63,698 nt of DNA from Actinomycetota bacterium (GTDB taxonomy: Bacteria > Actinomycetota > CADDZG01 > JAHWKV01), in NCBI GenBank assembly GCA_046262935.1, contig JBHELT010000018.1:1-63698 (forward strand), in the 5' to 3' direction. This document shows, piece after piece, positions 17,896 to 31,013 of the stretch (position 1 is its first letter; every line of letters begins with the position of its first letter). The notes under the pieces were generated by a model. It made no database searches, was not told where the DNA came from, and saw only the letters and a list, made by a program, of their open reading frames with translations. The position numbers were made by a program, and so were the translations under genes.

Positions 17896-19073
17896 CGGAC
17901 CCCCTCCATCAGTGCCGCAAGACCTGGCAGGCTCTTGCCCTCCAAGAATTCCAAAGAGGCGCCGCCTCCGGTTGACAGGTGATCGACGGATCCGGCCAGA
18001 CCGAACTTGGCAAGAGCCGCCCCCGAATCTCCTCCACCAACAACCGTGAAGCCAGAACAAGACGCGACGGCCTCGGACACCAGGCGTGTGCCCTCCGAGA
18101 ACGAGTCCCACTCGAAAACCCCCATCGGCCCATTCCAAAGAACGGTGGCAGCACCCTCGATCGATTCGCCGAACCGCTTAGCGGTTCCTGGACCGATATC
18201 CAAAGCCATCTTGTCTGGAGGAACTGCATTAGCATCGACCAAGATCGATTGCGCTTCGGAGCTGAATCCTTCGGCCACGACAAGGTCTTCGGGCAATCGG
18301 ATCGTTGCTCCCGCTGCCGCCGCCTCTTTCATCGCATCGGCAACCTCGTCCAACCGGTCCGGCTCGATCTTCGAAGTGCCCACGGCAAGGCCGGTCGCAG
18401 CAAGGAACGTGTTTGCCATCGCGCCGCCGATCAATATCTCGTCGGCATGTGCGGCGAGGTGGCGAACGACGCCAAGCTTGTCCGAAACCTTTGCCCCCCC
18501 GAGCACGACAACGAAAGGTCGCCGAGGGTCTTGGATCAATCGCGATAACACCTCTACTTCGCGCTCAAGGAGGCGACCCGCGGCATGCGGCAGGAGCCCC
18601 GGGACTCCCGCAACCGAAGCATGGGCCCGGTGAACCGCTCCGAAGGCATCACACACGAATAGCTCCGCCAGTGATGCCAGCCTCTGGCTGAATCCCGGAT
18701 CATTTGACTCTTCTCCCTGGTCGTAACGCAGGTTTTCGAGCAGAGCGACTTCATCGGCATCCATCGATAACAGGTCCTCTGCAGGACCGGTGGGATCGCT
18801 CGTGACTCGAACCCTTCTCTCCAAAAGGGTTGCGAGGCGCTGACCCACAGGAAGCATCGACAGCGCAGGATCTACCTTGCCCTTGGGGCGCCCCAAGTGC
18901 GAACAGCACACCACAGTCGCGCCGCGCGATAGGAGTTCATTGATCGTAGGTAGCGCCGCTGCGATGCGCATGTCATCGACCACTTCACCATCGCGGATGG
19001 GAACGTTGAAATCGACGCGCAGCAGAACACGTTTACCAGAAACGTCGAGCGCATCTATGGATGGCAGTTCCAA
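17892..19073 (-). CDS. pgk: Phosphoglycerate kinase
   Basis: RVDFNVP, SHLGRPKG, GGAKVSDK, STGGGASLE. Confidence 0.97.
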   Translation of the reverse strand: MELPSIDALDVSGKRVLLRVDFNVPIRDGEVVDDMRIAAALPTINELLSRGATVVCCSHLGRPKGKVDPALSMLPVGQRLATLLERRVRVTSDPTGPAEDLLSMDADEVALLENLRYDQGEESNDPGFSQRLASLAELFVCDAFGAVHRAHASVAGVPGLLPHAAGRLLEREVEVLSRLIQDPRRPFVVVLGGAKVSDKLGVVRHLAAHADEILIGGAMANTFLAATGLAVGTSKIEPDRLDEVADAMKEAAAAGATIRLPEDLVVAEGFSSEAQSILVDANAVPPDKMALDIGPGTAKRFGESIEGAATVLWNGPMGVFEWDSFSEGTRLVSEAVASCSGFTVVGGGDSGAALAKFGLAGSVDHLSTGGGASLEFLEGKSLPGLAALMEGVR

Positions 19074-19075
19074 AT

Positions 19076-20104
19076 CTAAGCCCGGCCCACCTTCTTGATC
19101 AGGTCGACCAGCCTGTTGGAGTAACCCCATTCGTTGTCGTACCAGCCGATCACCTTGACCTGGTTCCCCAAAGACATCGTCGATAGGCCGTCGATGATGC
19201 ACGACGCCGGATTGCCGATGATGTCTGACGATACGATCGGGTCCTCGGTGTACGCGAGGATGCCGCGCCAGTTATCCGAATTCGCTGCGGCCTGGAAAGC
19301 AGCATTCACTTGTTCCGCGGTAGCTTCGTTCTCTAGAACGCACACCAGGTCGGTGACGCTGCCGTCGGGAACCGGAACCCGCATGGCCATACCGTCGAGT
19401 TTGCCTTTCACCTCGGGGATGACGAGCGCAAGCGCCTTCGCGGCACCGGTTGACGCTGGAACTATGTTGAGTGCGGCAGCCCTCATCCGACGAAGATCGG
19501 GCTTTCCCTTGCGGGTGACCGCGGCCTGGTCCTGCAATTGCTGCTCCGTTGTGTAGGCATGGATGGTCGTCATGAATCCGGACTGGATGCCGAAGTTATC
19601 CAACAGCACCTTGGTCATCGGACCAACTGAATTGGTCGTGCAGGAAGCGTTGGAGATGATGTGGTGTTTGGACTCGTCATACTGCGAATCGTTAACCCCA
19701 AGCACGATCGTGAAGTCGGGGTCGGTTGCGGGGGCCGAAACGATGACCTTTCGGGCACCTGCCGAAAGATGCTTCGAGGCACCCTCTCGGTCGGTGAAAA
19801 GTCCAGTCGACTCGATCACGACGTCCACTCCCATCTGCGCCCAGGGCAGGGCCGCAGGATCGCGTTCGCTGATGAATGTGATCGATCTTCCATCGACACT
19901 TATCGAGTCGTCAGTTGTCTTGATCTCGGCTCCCAATACTCCGTGCGTCGAGTCGTACTTGAGCAGGTGACCGAAGACCTCAGGGGTGCCCCCCGGGTCA
20001 TTGATGACCACGAGCTCAACGTCGGTTGTCCCTTGCTTGATGATGGCTCTTAGAAAGTTCCTGCCGATCCGGCCGAAACCGTTGATGCCTACTTTGATAC
20101 TCAA
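19076..20104 (-). CDS. gap: Glyceraldehyde-3-phosphate dehydrogenase
   Basis: GINGFGRIGR, SNASCTTN, WYDNEWGYS. Confidence 0.97.
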   Translation of the reverse strand: MSIKVGINGFGRIGRNFLRAIIKQGTTDVELVVINDPGGTPEVFGHLLKYDSTHGVLGAEIKTTDDSISVDGRSITFISERDPAALPWAQMGVDVVIESTGLFTDREGASKHLSAGARKVIVSAPATDPDFTIVLGVNDSQYDESKHHIISNASCTTNSVGPMTKVLLDNFGIQSGFMTTIHAYTTEQQLQDQAAVTRKGKPDLRRMRAAALNIVPASTGAAKALALVIPEVKGKLDGMAMRVPVPDGSVTDLVCVLENEATAEQVNAAFQAAANSDNWRGILAYTEDPIVSSDIIGNPASCIIDGLSTMSLGNQVKVIGWYDNEWGYSNRLVDLIKKVGRA

Positions 20105-20238
20105 TGCAGCCTCCTCGATATCCGAGATTCCGTGTTTGTGAAGTCCCTAGATACTATCCTTGCGGGCGATCGGGGCCGATTTGATGTACCTGTCGGCATG
20201 CCCAAGGGAACCGGAAGAGATCGACGGACCCTCCTGCA

Positions 20239-21132
20239 TCACAATTTCTTCAACACGTCCGCAAGTCGAGCCGGGTCATGGCGCGAAGATCCATCGGTTG
20301 GGAGAAGATCGGCCCCCACGACCAGAACCCCCATGCCCTTCAACGCCACGATATCGACTGCGACTGCAGGCCCATTCGTTGGAGGACGGCCTGTATGAGC
20401 GACCACAACATCCACGGAGCCGGTCCCCAGGTGCGCGTAAACGGCCGACAGATGCGCCGCCGCATCGAAGTGCTGAGTCTCCCCTAAGGGAGCCACCAGA
20501 TTGCAGACATAAACCTTTTGAGCATGAGCCGTAACCAGCGCTTCCTTCAATTCCCGCACCAGGAGCGGAGGCAAAACGCTGGTGAAAAGACTGCCAGGAC
20601 CAAGAACGATCTGGTCTGCATCCGTCAAGGCTTGTACAGCGGGTTCAAAAGGTTTCGGATCGGCGGGATCGAGAGCAACAAAGGTTATGCGACCCGTTGA
20701 GGTTGCAACCTCAACCTGACCCTCAACGAGTTGTCCTTCGACCTCTGAGATCAATCTGACCGGATCCAATGTTGGTGGCAGTATCCTGCCCTCGGCCCCC
20801 AGTAGGGCCGCGGCCTGTTCGATAGCCGCAACGAAACTTCCGCTCTCTTGCGCTGCGGCGGCGATCATCAGGTTCCCAACTACATGGCCTTCGAATCTGC
20901 CCGACGGGAACCGATGTTGGAAAACCGACACCGTTGGTGAGTCCGGGGCTAAAGCCGCAAGGCAGTTGCGTATGTCGCCCATCGGCAAAACCCCAAGTTC
21001 GCGGGCGAGCCTTCCGGATGAGCCTCCGTTGTCGGCTACCGTGATGATCCCAGTGACATCATCCGAGTAGAGCCTGGCGGCCCTAAGGCTGGCCGAGGCT
21101 CCGTGACCTCCGCCAACAACTACAACGCTCAC
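20239..21132 (-). CDS. yvcK: Gluconeogenesis factor YvcK/CofD family
   Basis: VADNGGSSGRL, GDIRNCL, GPGSLFTS; follows rapZ. Confidence 0.9.
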   Translation of the reverse strand: MSVVVVGGGHGASASLRAARLYSDDVTGIITVADNGGSSGRLARELGVLPMGDIRNCLAALAPDSPTVSVFQHRFPSGRFEGHVVGNLMIAAAAQESGSFVAAIEQAAALLGAEGRILPPTLDPVRLISEVEGQLVEGQVEVATSTGRITFVALDPADPKPFEPAVQALTDADQIVLGPGSLFTSVLPPLLVRELKEALVTAHAQKVYVCNLVAPLGETQHFDAAAHLSAVYAHLGTGSVDVVVAHTGRPPTNGPAVAVDIVALKGMGVLVVGADLLPTDGSSRHDPARLADVLKKL

Positions 21133-22007
21133 TCGCGGTCCAGGTCCCTATGTACAACTGTCGAGGGGAAACCTTTCTCTTGGAGGTATCTCGCAATCTC
21201 GTCACCAACAACAACCGAGCGATGCTTACCACCGGTGCATCCGATCCCGATCGTCAGGTAGTGGCGACCTTCATTAACGAAACCGGGAAGCAGGAATCCC
21301 AGCAGGTCACGCAACTTGAACAGAAACTCCTCAGTACCAGGCGCATTCAGTACATAACCCCTTACCTTGCGGTGGGTCCCGTTGAGAGGCCGCAACTCAT
21401 CTACCCAATGCGGGTTTGGCAGGAATCGGCAATCCAGGATGATGTCGGCATCAAGCGGGATGCCATGCTTGTATCCGAACGAGATCACATTGACCGCGAT
21501 CCCAGATCTGGCCGATGGGTCAGCGAACAAAGATGAGACCTTGTCGCGGAGTTCGTGCACGTTGAGGTCGGTTGTGTCGATGATCACGTCGGCAACGTCG
21601 CGGAGTCTTCGCATGATCTGGCGCTCTTGGAAGATCCCTTCGACCACTCGGTCGCTCTGGGCCAAAGGATGCTTCCTCCTGGTCGCCTCGAACCTTCTGA
21701 CCAAGGACCTGTCAGACGCCTCCAAGAACAGAACCCGCAGGTCAAACCCTCGGTCCTTGATGCCGTCGAGGGCCTTCTCGAGCTCGGGGAAGAATTCTCC
21801 GCCTCGCACATCGACTACAAGTGCGATCTGCTTCACTTTGCTGCCGGGGGCCGAAACTAGTTCGACCATCTTCTCGATGAGCGCGGGTGGGATGTTGTCC
21901 ACGACGAAGTAGCCGAGGTCTTCGAATACCTTAGCCACCTCGGACCGGCCAGCCCCTGAAAGGCCCGTGATGAGCGTGAAACGGGGAGCCGAAACTGCTG
22001 CGCTCAC
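21129..22007 (-). CDS. rapZ: RNase adapter RapZ (P-loop)
   Basis: TGLSGAGRS, SFGYKHGIP, DCRFLPNP, GCTGGKHRSV. Confidence 0.95.
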   Translation of the reverse strand: MSAAVSAPRFTLITGLSGAGRSEVAKVFEDLGYFVVDNIPPALIEKMVELVSAPGSKVKQIALVVDVRGGEFFPELEKALDGIKDRGFDLRVLFLEASDRSLVRRFEATRRKHPLAQSDRVVEGIFQERQIMRRLRDVADVIIDTTDLNVHELRDKVSSLFADPSARSGIAVNVISFGYKHGIPLDADIILDCRFLPNPHWVDELRPLNGTHRKVRGYVLNAPGTEEFLFKLRDLLGFLLPGFVNEGRHYLTIGIGCTGGKHRSVVVGDEIARYLQEKGFPSTVVHRDLDRE

Positions 22008-22462
22008 TGAGTGGTCAAGGCTTTATCGAGATCCAACTGATGTTCAACATGGTGTTCAAGGGTACTTAGGACAACCCAGCGCTCGAGACGAGGCTTGGCT
22101 TCCCACATCTCATCGGGAACCTCCCTTACCAGACCGGCAACATCCAGTCCGGTAACCAACAACTTCTCCAGCAACTGGGTTGCTGGCACCGAGGACATCG
22201 CGATAACGGCCCTTTCATTGTGGTCATCGGCCTCGGAATAGTCTCGGCGTTCATAGGTGCCATTCATGGTTGTACGGATCGCCCATATGCATTGTTCATG
22301 CCAGTACACCATGTGAGCCACGAGATCGCGTATCGCCCAAGTTCCTATCGTGTGAGGCTCTTGCAAGATCTCAGCTGATGCATCCGATAGTCTGCTATGC
22401 AAGCGCCTTACGCTCTGCTCAACCTTGTCGGCAAGTTCGTGCCGATCTGATACTGGCATCAT
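22004..22462 (-). CDS. DinB/MDMPI-like protein
   Basis: WAIRDLVAHM...HHVEH metal-binding pattern. Confidence 0.7.
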   Translation of the reverse strand: MMPVSDRHELADKVEQSVRRLHSRLSDASAEILQEPHTIGTWAIRDLVAHMVYWHEQCIWAIRTTMNGTYERRDYSEADDHNERAVIAMSSVPATQLLEKLLVTGLDVAGLVREVPDEMWEAKPRLERWVVLSTLEHHVEHQLDLDKALTTQ

Positions 22463-24312
22463 GTCCTCCTGAGGGCCTCATGGATCCTTCGCGCCATCTC
22501 TTTACCGATGCCGGGGACCTGTGCGATCTGCTCGATCGTTGCTTGCTCCAACTTCTTCACCGAACCGAAATGCTTGAGCAGGGCACTTCGGCGAGAAGAG
22601 CCGACCCCAGGCAACTCATCGACGATGCTCTTAGTCATCGACTTCGCACGGCGCGTCCTCTGGTAACCAACCGCGAACCTGTGGGCCTCGTCTCGAACCC
22701 TCTGGAGAAGATACAGGGCCTCGGAGCCTCGTGGGATGATCCTGGGTTCCGATTCACCCGGAACGAATACTTCTTCGAGTCGTTTCGCCAAAGACACGAC
22801 CGGGATGCCCACGATCCCAACCTCGCTCATCACCTGAACCGCTGCATTCAACTGACCCTTACCACCATCTACCACAATCAATCCCGGCTGGTAAGCGAAC
22901 TTGTCTTGGCGGTCGCGCGGTTTCGCCGAAGCTTCGACCAGCCGGGTGAGCCTGCGCCCGATCACCTCCCCCATCGAAGCGAAATCGTCCTGGCCCTCTA
23001 CTGAGTTGACCTTGAATTTGCGGTAATCCGATCTCTTTGGCAGCCCGTCCTCGAAAACAACCATAGAACCGACAACTTCCGTCGGCCCCAGGTTAGAGAT
23101 GTCGAAACATTCGATCCGGAGCGGCGCTTCGGGTAGGTCGAGTTGTTCTTGGAGTTCTGAAAGTGCCTTTGAACGAGCGTCGAAATCGGTCGCTCGCTTC
23201 AGCCGCTCACGACCGAATGCTTCCTTAGCGTTTTCCGCGATGGTTTCGAGGAGTCTGCGTTTGGAGCCTCGCTCGGGGACCCTGATCGTCACCTTGGAAT
23301 CGCGAGCTATCGACAGCCAGGCTTCCAAGACTTCGGCCGACGGGGGCATGACCGGAACCAGCACCTGTGAAGGGATCTCGGTTTGGTCCGAGTAGAGGTT
23401 CTCGATGAAAGTTTCAACCAGCGGTGCATCGTCAAGGTCTTCGACCTTGTCCACCATGAAGCCCTTTCGGCCAACCATCCTGCCCTTGCGCACGAAGAAC
23501 ACCTGGAAAGAGGCTTCGAGGTCGTCTCCGAAGAAATGGATCGCGTCGATGTCTTCTCTCTTCTCGGTGACCATCTCCTGACGTTCGATGACTCTGCGAA
23601 CTGCGCTCGACTGGTCCCTCAAACGGGCAGCCTGTTCGAACTCGAGCCTTGCTGCAGCGTTCTTCATGCGGTCCTGCAGATCTTTGGTGATCTTTTCGTG
23701 GTCGCCATCCATGAATTCACAGAATTGCCTGACTATCTGCAGGTGCTGTTCGGCATCGACATGACCGACGCATGGGGCGGAACATCGGCCGATGTCGTAC
23801 AGCAGACAAGGGCGTCTCGCCGACTTGGCGCGGTCGAACACTCCCTTGCTGCAGGACCGAAGGGGAAATACTCGCAGCAGCAGGTCGAGCGTCTCTCGGA
23901 TCGCGTATGCATGCGTGTAGGGCCCGTAGTAACGATCTCCCTTTCGTTTACGTCCTCTCACAACCATGGCTCTTGGGAATTCCTCGCTCATCGTTATGGC
24001 GAGATATGGGTACGACTTGTCATCGCGATAGCGCACATTGAAACGCGGGTGATGTTCCTTTATGAATGTGACTTCGAGCTGGAGAGCTTCGACCTCGGTC
24101 GATGTGACTATCCATTCAACTTCGGCAGCCGAATCGACCATCGCAATGGTTCGGGCATGCAATCCCGTTGTGAAGTAGTTGGGAACCCTCGACCTCAGAC
24201 TCTTTGCTTTGCCGACATAAAGGACGCGTCGTTCTTCGTCTCGGAACATGTAAACGCCGGGCGAATCTGGGATGTCTAGGTTGCGCGGGCGCCAACTTGG
24301 ATCGGCCACCAT
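22459..24312 (-). CDS. uvrC: Excinuclease ABC subunit C
   Basis: PGVY, YVGKAKSL, ECFDIS, DGGKGQ, RDEAHRFA, HhH. Confidence 0.97.
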   Translation of the reverse strand: MVADPSWRPRNLDIPDSPGVYMFRDEERRVLYVGKAKSLRSRVPNYFTTGLHARTIAMVDSAAEVEWIVTSTEVEALQLEVTFIKEHHPRFNVRYRDDKSYPYLAITMSEEFPRAMVVRGRKRKGDRYYGPYTHAYAIRETLDLLLRVFPLRSCSKGVFDRAKSARRPCLLYDIGRCSAPCVGHVDAEQHLQIVRQFCEFMDGDHEKITKDLQDRMKNAAARLEFEQAARLRDQSSAVRRVIERQEMVTEKREDIDAIHFFGDDLEASFQVFFVRKGRMVGRKGFMVDKVEDLDDAPLVETFIENLYSDQTEIPSQVLVPVMPPSAEVLEAWLSIARDSKVTIRVPERGSKRRLLETIAENAKEAFGRERLKRATDFDARSKALSELQEQLDLPEAPLRIECFDISNLGPTEVVGSMVVFEDGLPKRSDYRKFKVNSVEGQDDFASMGEVIGRRLTRLVEASAKPRDRQDKFAYQPGLIVVDGGKGQLNAAVQVMSEVGIVGIPVVSLAKRLEEVFVPGESEPRIIPRGSEALYLLQRVRDEAHRFAVGYQRTRRAKSMTKSIVDELPGVGSSRRSALLKHFGSVKKLEQATIEQIAQVPGIGKEMARRIHEALRRT

Positions 24313-24363
24313 CAGATACTCTCATGGACCAGTCGATATGACGGTCACGTTAGGAGCGGTTAC

Positions 24364-25167
24364 TTGCCCTTGGTGTTCGCAGCTGTGATGCCGCATGGGG
24401 GTGCCCTCATCCCCGGTGTCGAAGAAACCGACGAGAATGCCTCTGCCGAGTTGACCGAGGCTATGGATCGCATCGCCTCGAACGCTGCTGAGGCGCGCTT
24501 GGATGTCGTATTCATCGCAACTCCGCATGGGGTTCGGATCGAGGACGCTCATTCGATAGCGATGGCGACGACCACCGAAGGCTCGCTTGGTCCGTTCGAT
24601 CTAAGCGCTCCGATCGATCACACCACCTCGGTAGAGATCCTGGCTGAGGCTCAAGAACGCAAGCTTCCGTGTGTGGGGATCCTCTTCGGGGGCCAGTCTG
24701 TGCCGCTCCCGATGGACTGGGGTGTTTTCGTTCCGCTTTGGTTCCTCAGTCAAACGGGACCTCTCCCACCTGTGGTCGTCATCTGCCCATCTCGATCATT
24801 CGGTCTCGATACCCTTGCTGACCTTGGCCGAGTGATCGCCGAGCATGCAGAGAAAAGCACATTGCGGATCGGCATCATCGCAAGCGCAGACCAGGCCCAC
24901 GCCCATCAGGCTGAAGGACCTTACGGCTTCGACCCGACCGCGAGGGTCTTCGATGAACTCATCGTTGATATAACCAGGCGCGGGGCCTACCAGGAATATC
25001 TAAGGCTGTCATCGGATCTGATCGAGACCGCGCTCCCCGATAGCCCATGGCAGTTGGCGATCTTGAAGGGAGCTTTCGATGTGGTCGATTTCGCGGTTAA
25101 GTCGGTCGATTACGATTGTCCATCTTACTTTGGGATGATGTGTGCCGAATTCGCACGAGGTCAGTAG
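24364..25167 (+). CDS. LigB/Memo-like class III extradiol dioxygenase-fold protein
   Basis: MPHG, TPHG, MDWG.FVPL, IASADQAH, PSYFGM. Confidence 0.7.
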   Translation: MPLVFAAVMPHGGALIPGVEETDENASAELTEAMDRIASNAAEARLDVVFIATPHGVRIEDAHSIAMATTTEGSLGPFDLSAPIDHTTSVEILAEAQERKLPCVGILFGGQSVPLPMDWGVFVPLWFLSQTGPLPPVVVICPSRSFGLDTLADLGRVIAEHAEKSTLRIGIIASADQAHAHQAEGPYGFDPTARVFDELIVDITRRGAYQEYLRLSSDLIETALPDSPWQLAILKGAFDVVDFAVKSVDYDCPSYFGMMCAEFARGQ

Positions 25168-26114
25168 GGGGTGGCCGAGTAGTGTTGGATCACTTTGATC
25201 GCGTAATATCCAAGCGGCATCGCTACCAACAAAGAGTCGATCCGGTCGAGCAGACCGCCGAAGCCCGGCAACAGGTCTCCCGCATCCTTTGTGTCGAAGG
25301 CGCGCTTCACCAAAGACTCAACCATGTCGCCCCACAACGCCCCTAGGCCGATCACCAAAGGAACAACTGCCACCGTCACTTTGGTGAGGTCCCCTGGGAT
25401 CGCGAAAGACATGAGCCAGAAGGCTAGATAAGCGCCGACAACATTGCCCGCGGCCCCGGCCCATGTCTTATTGGGACTAACGGACGGACGGATCTTCGGC
25501 CCTTTGGCGATCTTGCCAACGGTGAAAGCGAGCACGTCCGAAAGAGCAACGGAAGTGCCGAGGAGAAGCAGCAGCGCTACGCCCTGCTTCTCGGTCCGTG
25601 CGATAAGCACGAAGAACGACAAGAACACCGCGATCCATATGTAACCAAGAACGCTGGCCGCCGCTTGCATGACTTCTGTACGCGGGTCGGCATGGGGATC
25701 TTTGAGGCGCGTTAGTGGGATGAGCGTCGCGACCGCGAAGAAGCCGATGGGCATGAACAAGAAGAACCTGTGACCGAAATACGCGGTGACGATGAGACCG
25801 AACACTCCGTAGCCGATGAGCCACGCGAGATATGGCCGCGCTAGTTTCACTAATTTGCCGTACTCGATGATGGCCTGGATGGACATGTAAACGACAAGTC
25901 CGAGCGATACGAACCCACCGGTGAAAACGCTTAAAGCAAAGATGGGGGCCATCACCGCCCACGACCCCACTTTTTGGAAGAGAACCGAACCGCGCCATCG
26001 TGAAGGCGGCTTTCTTTCAACAACGATCACGAGAACAAGGGCCACGAACAGCAGAAGCCCTATCCGCGATGCCGTCGGCTGAAACAGCGGTTGAGCGAAT
26101 GGATCACGAGGCAT
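25161..26114 (-). CDS. Phosphatidate cytidylyltransferase family (YnbB/CdsA-like)
   Basis: SPNKTWAG, GDMVESLVKR..KD.G.LLPG.GG.LDRIDS. Confidence 0.88.
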   Translation of the reverse strand: MPRDPFAQPLFQPTASRIGLLLFVALVLVIVVERKPPSRWRGSVLFQKVGSWAVMAPIFALSVFTGGFVSLGLVVYMSIQAIIEYGKLVKLARPYLAWLIGYGVFGLIVTAYFGHRFFLFMPIGFFAVATLIPLTRLKDPHADPRTEVMQAAASVLGYIWIAVFLSFFVLIARTEKQGVALLLLLGTSVALSDVLAFTVGKIAKGPKIRPSVSPNKTWAGAAGNVVGAYLAFWLMSFAIPGDLTKVTVAVVPLVIGLGALWGDMVESLVKRAFDTKDAGDLLPGFGGLLDRIDSLLVAMPLGYYAIKVIQHYSATPY

Positions 26115-26700
26115 CTAGCATCCGTCTGCTGATGAAAAGTCTTTGTATCGCCGTGACCGCGCTTCCGGCGAGGATCACCCACACCCCCGCCTTCAAGGCC
26201 CTTTCGCCAACGAAGTAAGCGGAGGCACTGGCGATTGAAACCACGATCATCCGGTCGGCCTTGCCCATAACCCCAGCGTAGATACGACTACCACCAGCAG
26301 CCTTGGCAACCGTTCCTATGTACGAACTGAGAAGAACCATGGCAAGAGCCGCGGCGGCCGGTCTGAAGAAAGTCACCGAGCCGAGACCGATGAACCACAC
26401 GACGTCGGAAAGTCGGTCGCAGGTTTCATTCAAGACCTCGCCGTATGGCCGGGCAGAACCGTCTGCAACCGCCACCATCCCGTCAAGAGCATTGAGCGTG
26501 ATCCGACCCATCGCCAAGAAAGGGACGAGTAACAGCAACCACCTTAACCAGCCAGCGAACATGAAACAAAGCGCGCCGGCAACCGACAACAAAAGGGCAG
26601 TCGCAGTTATCGAATCTGCCTTCACTCCCAGACGGATGAGCAGATCCCGCGCTCTGGTCAACCTCCTTTGGAACGCGGGCTTGATGGAATAGATACTCAA
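26104..26700 (-). CDS. CDP-alcohol phosphatidyltransferase (YnbA-like)
   Basis: LDGMVA...G.VLNETCDRLSD; N-terminal YSIKPAFQ. Confidence 0.88.
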   Translation of the reverse strand: MSIYSIKPAFQRRLTRARDLLIRLGVKADSITATALLLSVAGALCFMFAGWLRWLLLLVPFLAMGRITLNALDGMVAVADGSARPYGEVLNETCDRLSDVVWFIGLGSVTFFRPAAAALAMVLLSSYIGTVAKAAGGSRIYAGVMGKADRMIVVSIASASAYFVGERALKAGVWVILAGSAVTAIQRLFISRRMLDAS

Positions 26701-27398
26701 ACTTCACCGGCGGGGCGGGCACCAAGTTCGACGATGGCGTCGTGGAGTCGTTGATTGAAGGAAACATAATCGTCCGCAGGCGTTGGCCCAACGGGCTTTC
26801 CGAATCTGACCGTCACATCGCCGTGGCGCGGGAACGTCGCACCTTTGGGGAATATGTCGTAGGCACCTTGCAAGAAGATGGGAACGGCGGCACATCTGAC
26901 GTCGACGCACATGTACGAAGCCCCAAGTTTGAAATCGCCAAGTTCACCAGTCTTGGAACGGCTGCCTTCTGGGAAAAGCAAGACCGACCATCCGCGCCTT
27001 AACCCTTCTTTGCATCGCTCGAGCGATTCGCGTGAACCCTCGTGCCTCTCGAAGGGGATGGTGCCGAGCGCTAGAGATGTCAACGCGCCAACCGCAGCAA
27101 CTTTGTAGAAATAATCAGCAGCCGCTGCCACCATCGTCTTTTGTCTCAGACGGAAGGGAAGAGCCGCCAGGATGACCGGGCAATCCAGATGTGATGTGTG
27201 ATTAGAAACGAGCACCACCGGGCCTTCGACCTGGTTCAGGTTCCGCTTTCCCCGAACGTCAAGCCGCGCGAACCACCTAACCAGCGGAAAGAGGAGCGTT
27301 TGCTGTATGTCGCTGCGCAGGCCACGGACCGGGCCTGTGTGCGCCCAATCGTACGGCTGGAATAACCTCTGCGGAATATGCGCTCCCGGCTTTTTCAT
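26697..27398 (-). CDS. Lysophospholipid acyltransferase (PlsC-like); start uncertain (ATG 27398 or ATT 27377)
   Basis: NHTSHLD, FPEGSRS. Confidence 0.85.
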   Translation of the reverse strand: MKKPGAHIPQRLFQPYDWAHTGPVRGLRSDIQQTLLFPLVRWFARLDVRGKRNLNQVEGPVVLVSNHTSHLDCPVILAALPFRLRQKTMVAAAADYFYKVAAVGALTSLALGTIPFERHEGSRESLERCKEGLRRGWSVLLFPEGSRSKTGELGDFKLGASYMCVDVRCAAVPIFLQGAYDIFPKGATFPRHGDVTVRFGKPVGPTPADDYVSFNQRLHDAIVELGARPAGEV

Positions 27399-27959
27399 CC
27401 GATCCAAAGGCTGGTTCAAAGTGACTCTGGCCTCATCCTCGCATTTTTCTGGGGTGTAGCCGAGGCATTGTTCTTCCCAATCTTCCCCGACTACTACCTG
27501 TTCGCAGTGGTGCCAGCAGCTCCAAGCAGATGGTGGCGCGCTGCCTCTTTCGCGACCGTGGGGTCGATCATCGGTGGAACGATCGGTTACTGGATCGCCG
27601 TGGCGCTTCACTCCTTTTCCATCGCCAGCCACATGCCTTTGATCGCACCAGGGATGATGCGTGAGGCAAGCGATTGGATAAGAGCCCTCGGAGGGTTCGC
27701 AGTCTTACGTCAACCTCTTTCAGGGATCCCATACAAGGTCTTCGTGTTTCTGTGCGGGGCTCGGCACCTGTCCTTCATCGTGTTCATCTGGGCATCCCTT
27801 ATAGCAAGGGGCGTGCGCTTGTTCGCGATCGCCGGTCTCGCTGCGATACTCGGCAAACTTCCGGAGACTTGGAGATCGCGGACCTACGACCTCTTCCTTG
27901 CGCTGTTCACCATCACCTTTGGGCTCGCGCTCGCCGCGGTGGTTCGCTCTTTTAGATGA
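27378..27959 (+). CDS. YqaA/DedA (VTT) family membrane protein
   Basis: AEALFFPIFPD, GSIIGG.IGY, IPYKVF, ARGVR. Confidence 0.8.
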   Translation: MRSRLFHPIQRLVQSDSGLILAFFWGVAEALFFPIFPDYYLFAVVPAAPSRWWRAASFATVGSIIGGTIGYWIAVALHSFSIASHMPLIAPGMMREASDWIRALGGFAVLRQPLSGIPYKVFVFLCGARHLSFIVFIWASLIARGVRLFAIAGLAAILGKLPETWRSRTYDLFLALFTITFGLALAAVVRSFR

Positions 27960-27974
27960 TGAGCCCGCGCGGGC

Positions 27975-30944
<2,970 letters not shown>

Positions 30945-31013
30945 AGGTGGGTCATTGTCCCACGAGGCATCAACTACAGGCTGGTCAGTCGAAGGCGTGG
31001 GAGAATCGGCGGG

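Noticed and set aside
17896-18138. Long N-terminal extensions in the ORF track (tpiA; likewise pgk, uvrB, amidohydrolase, plsC)
   Set aside because: They overlap upstream genes; family homology begins at the later starts used here
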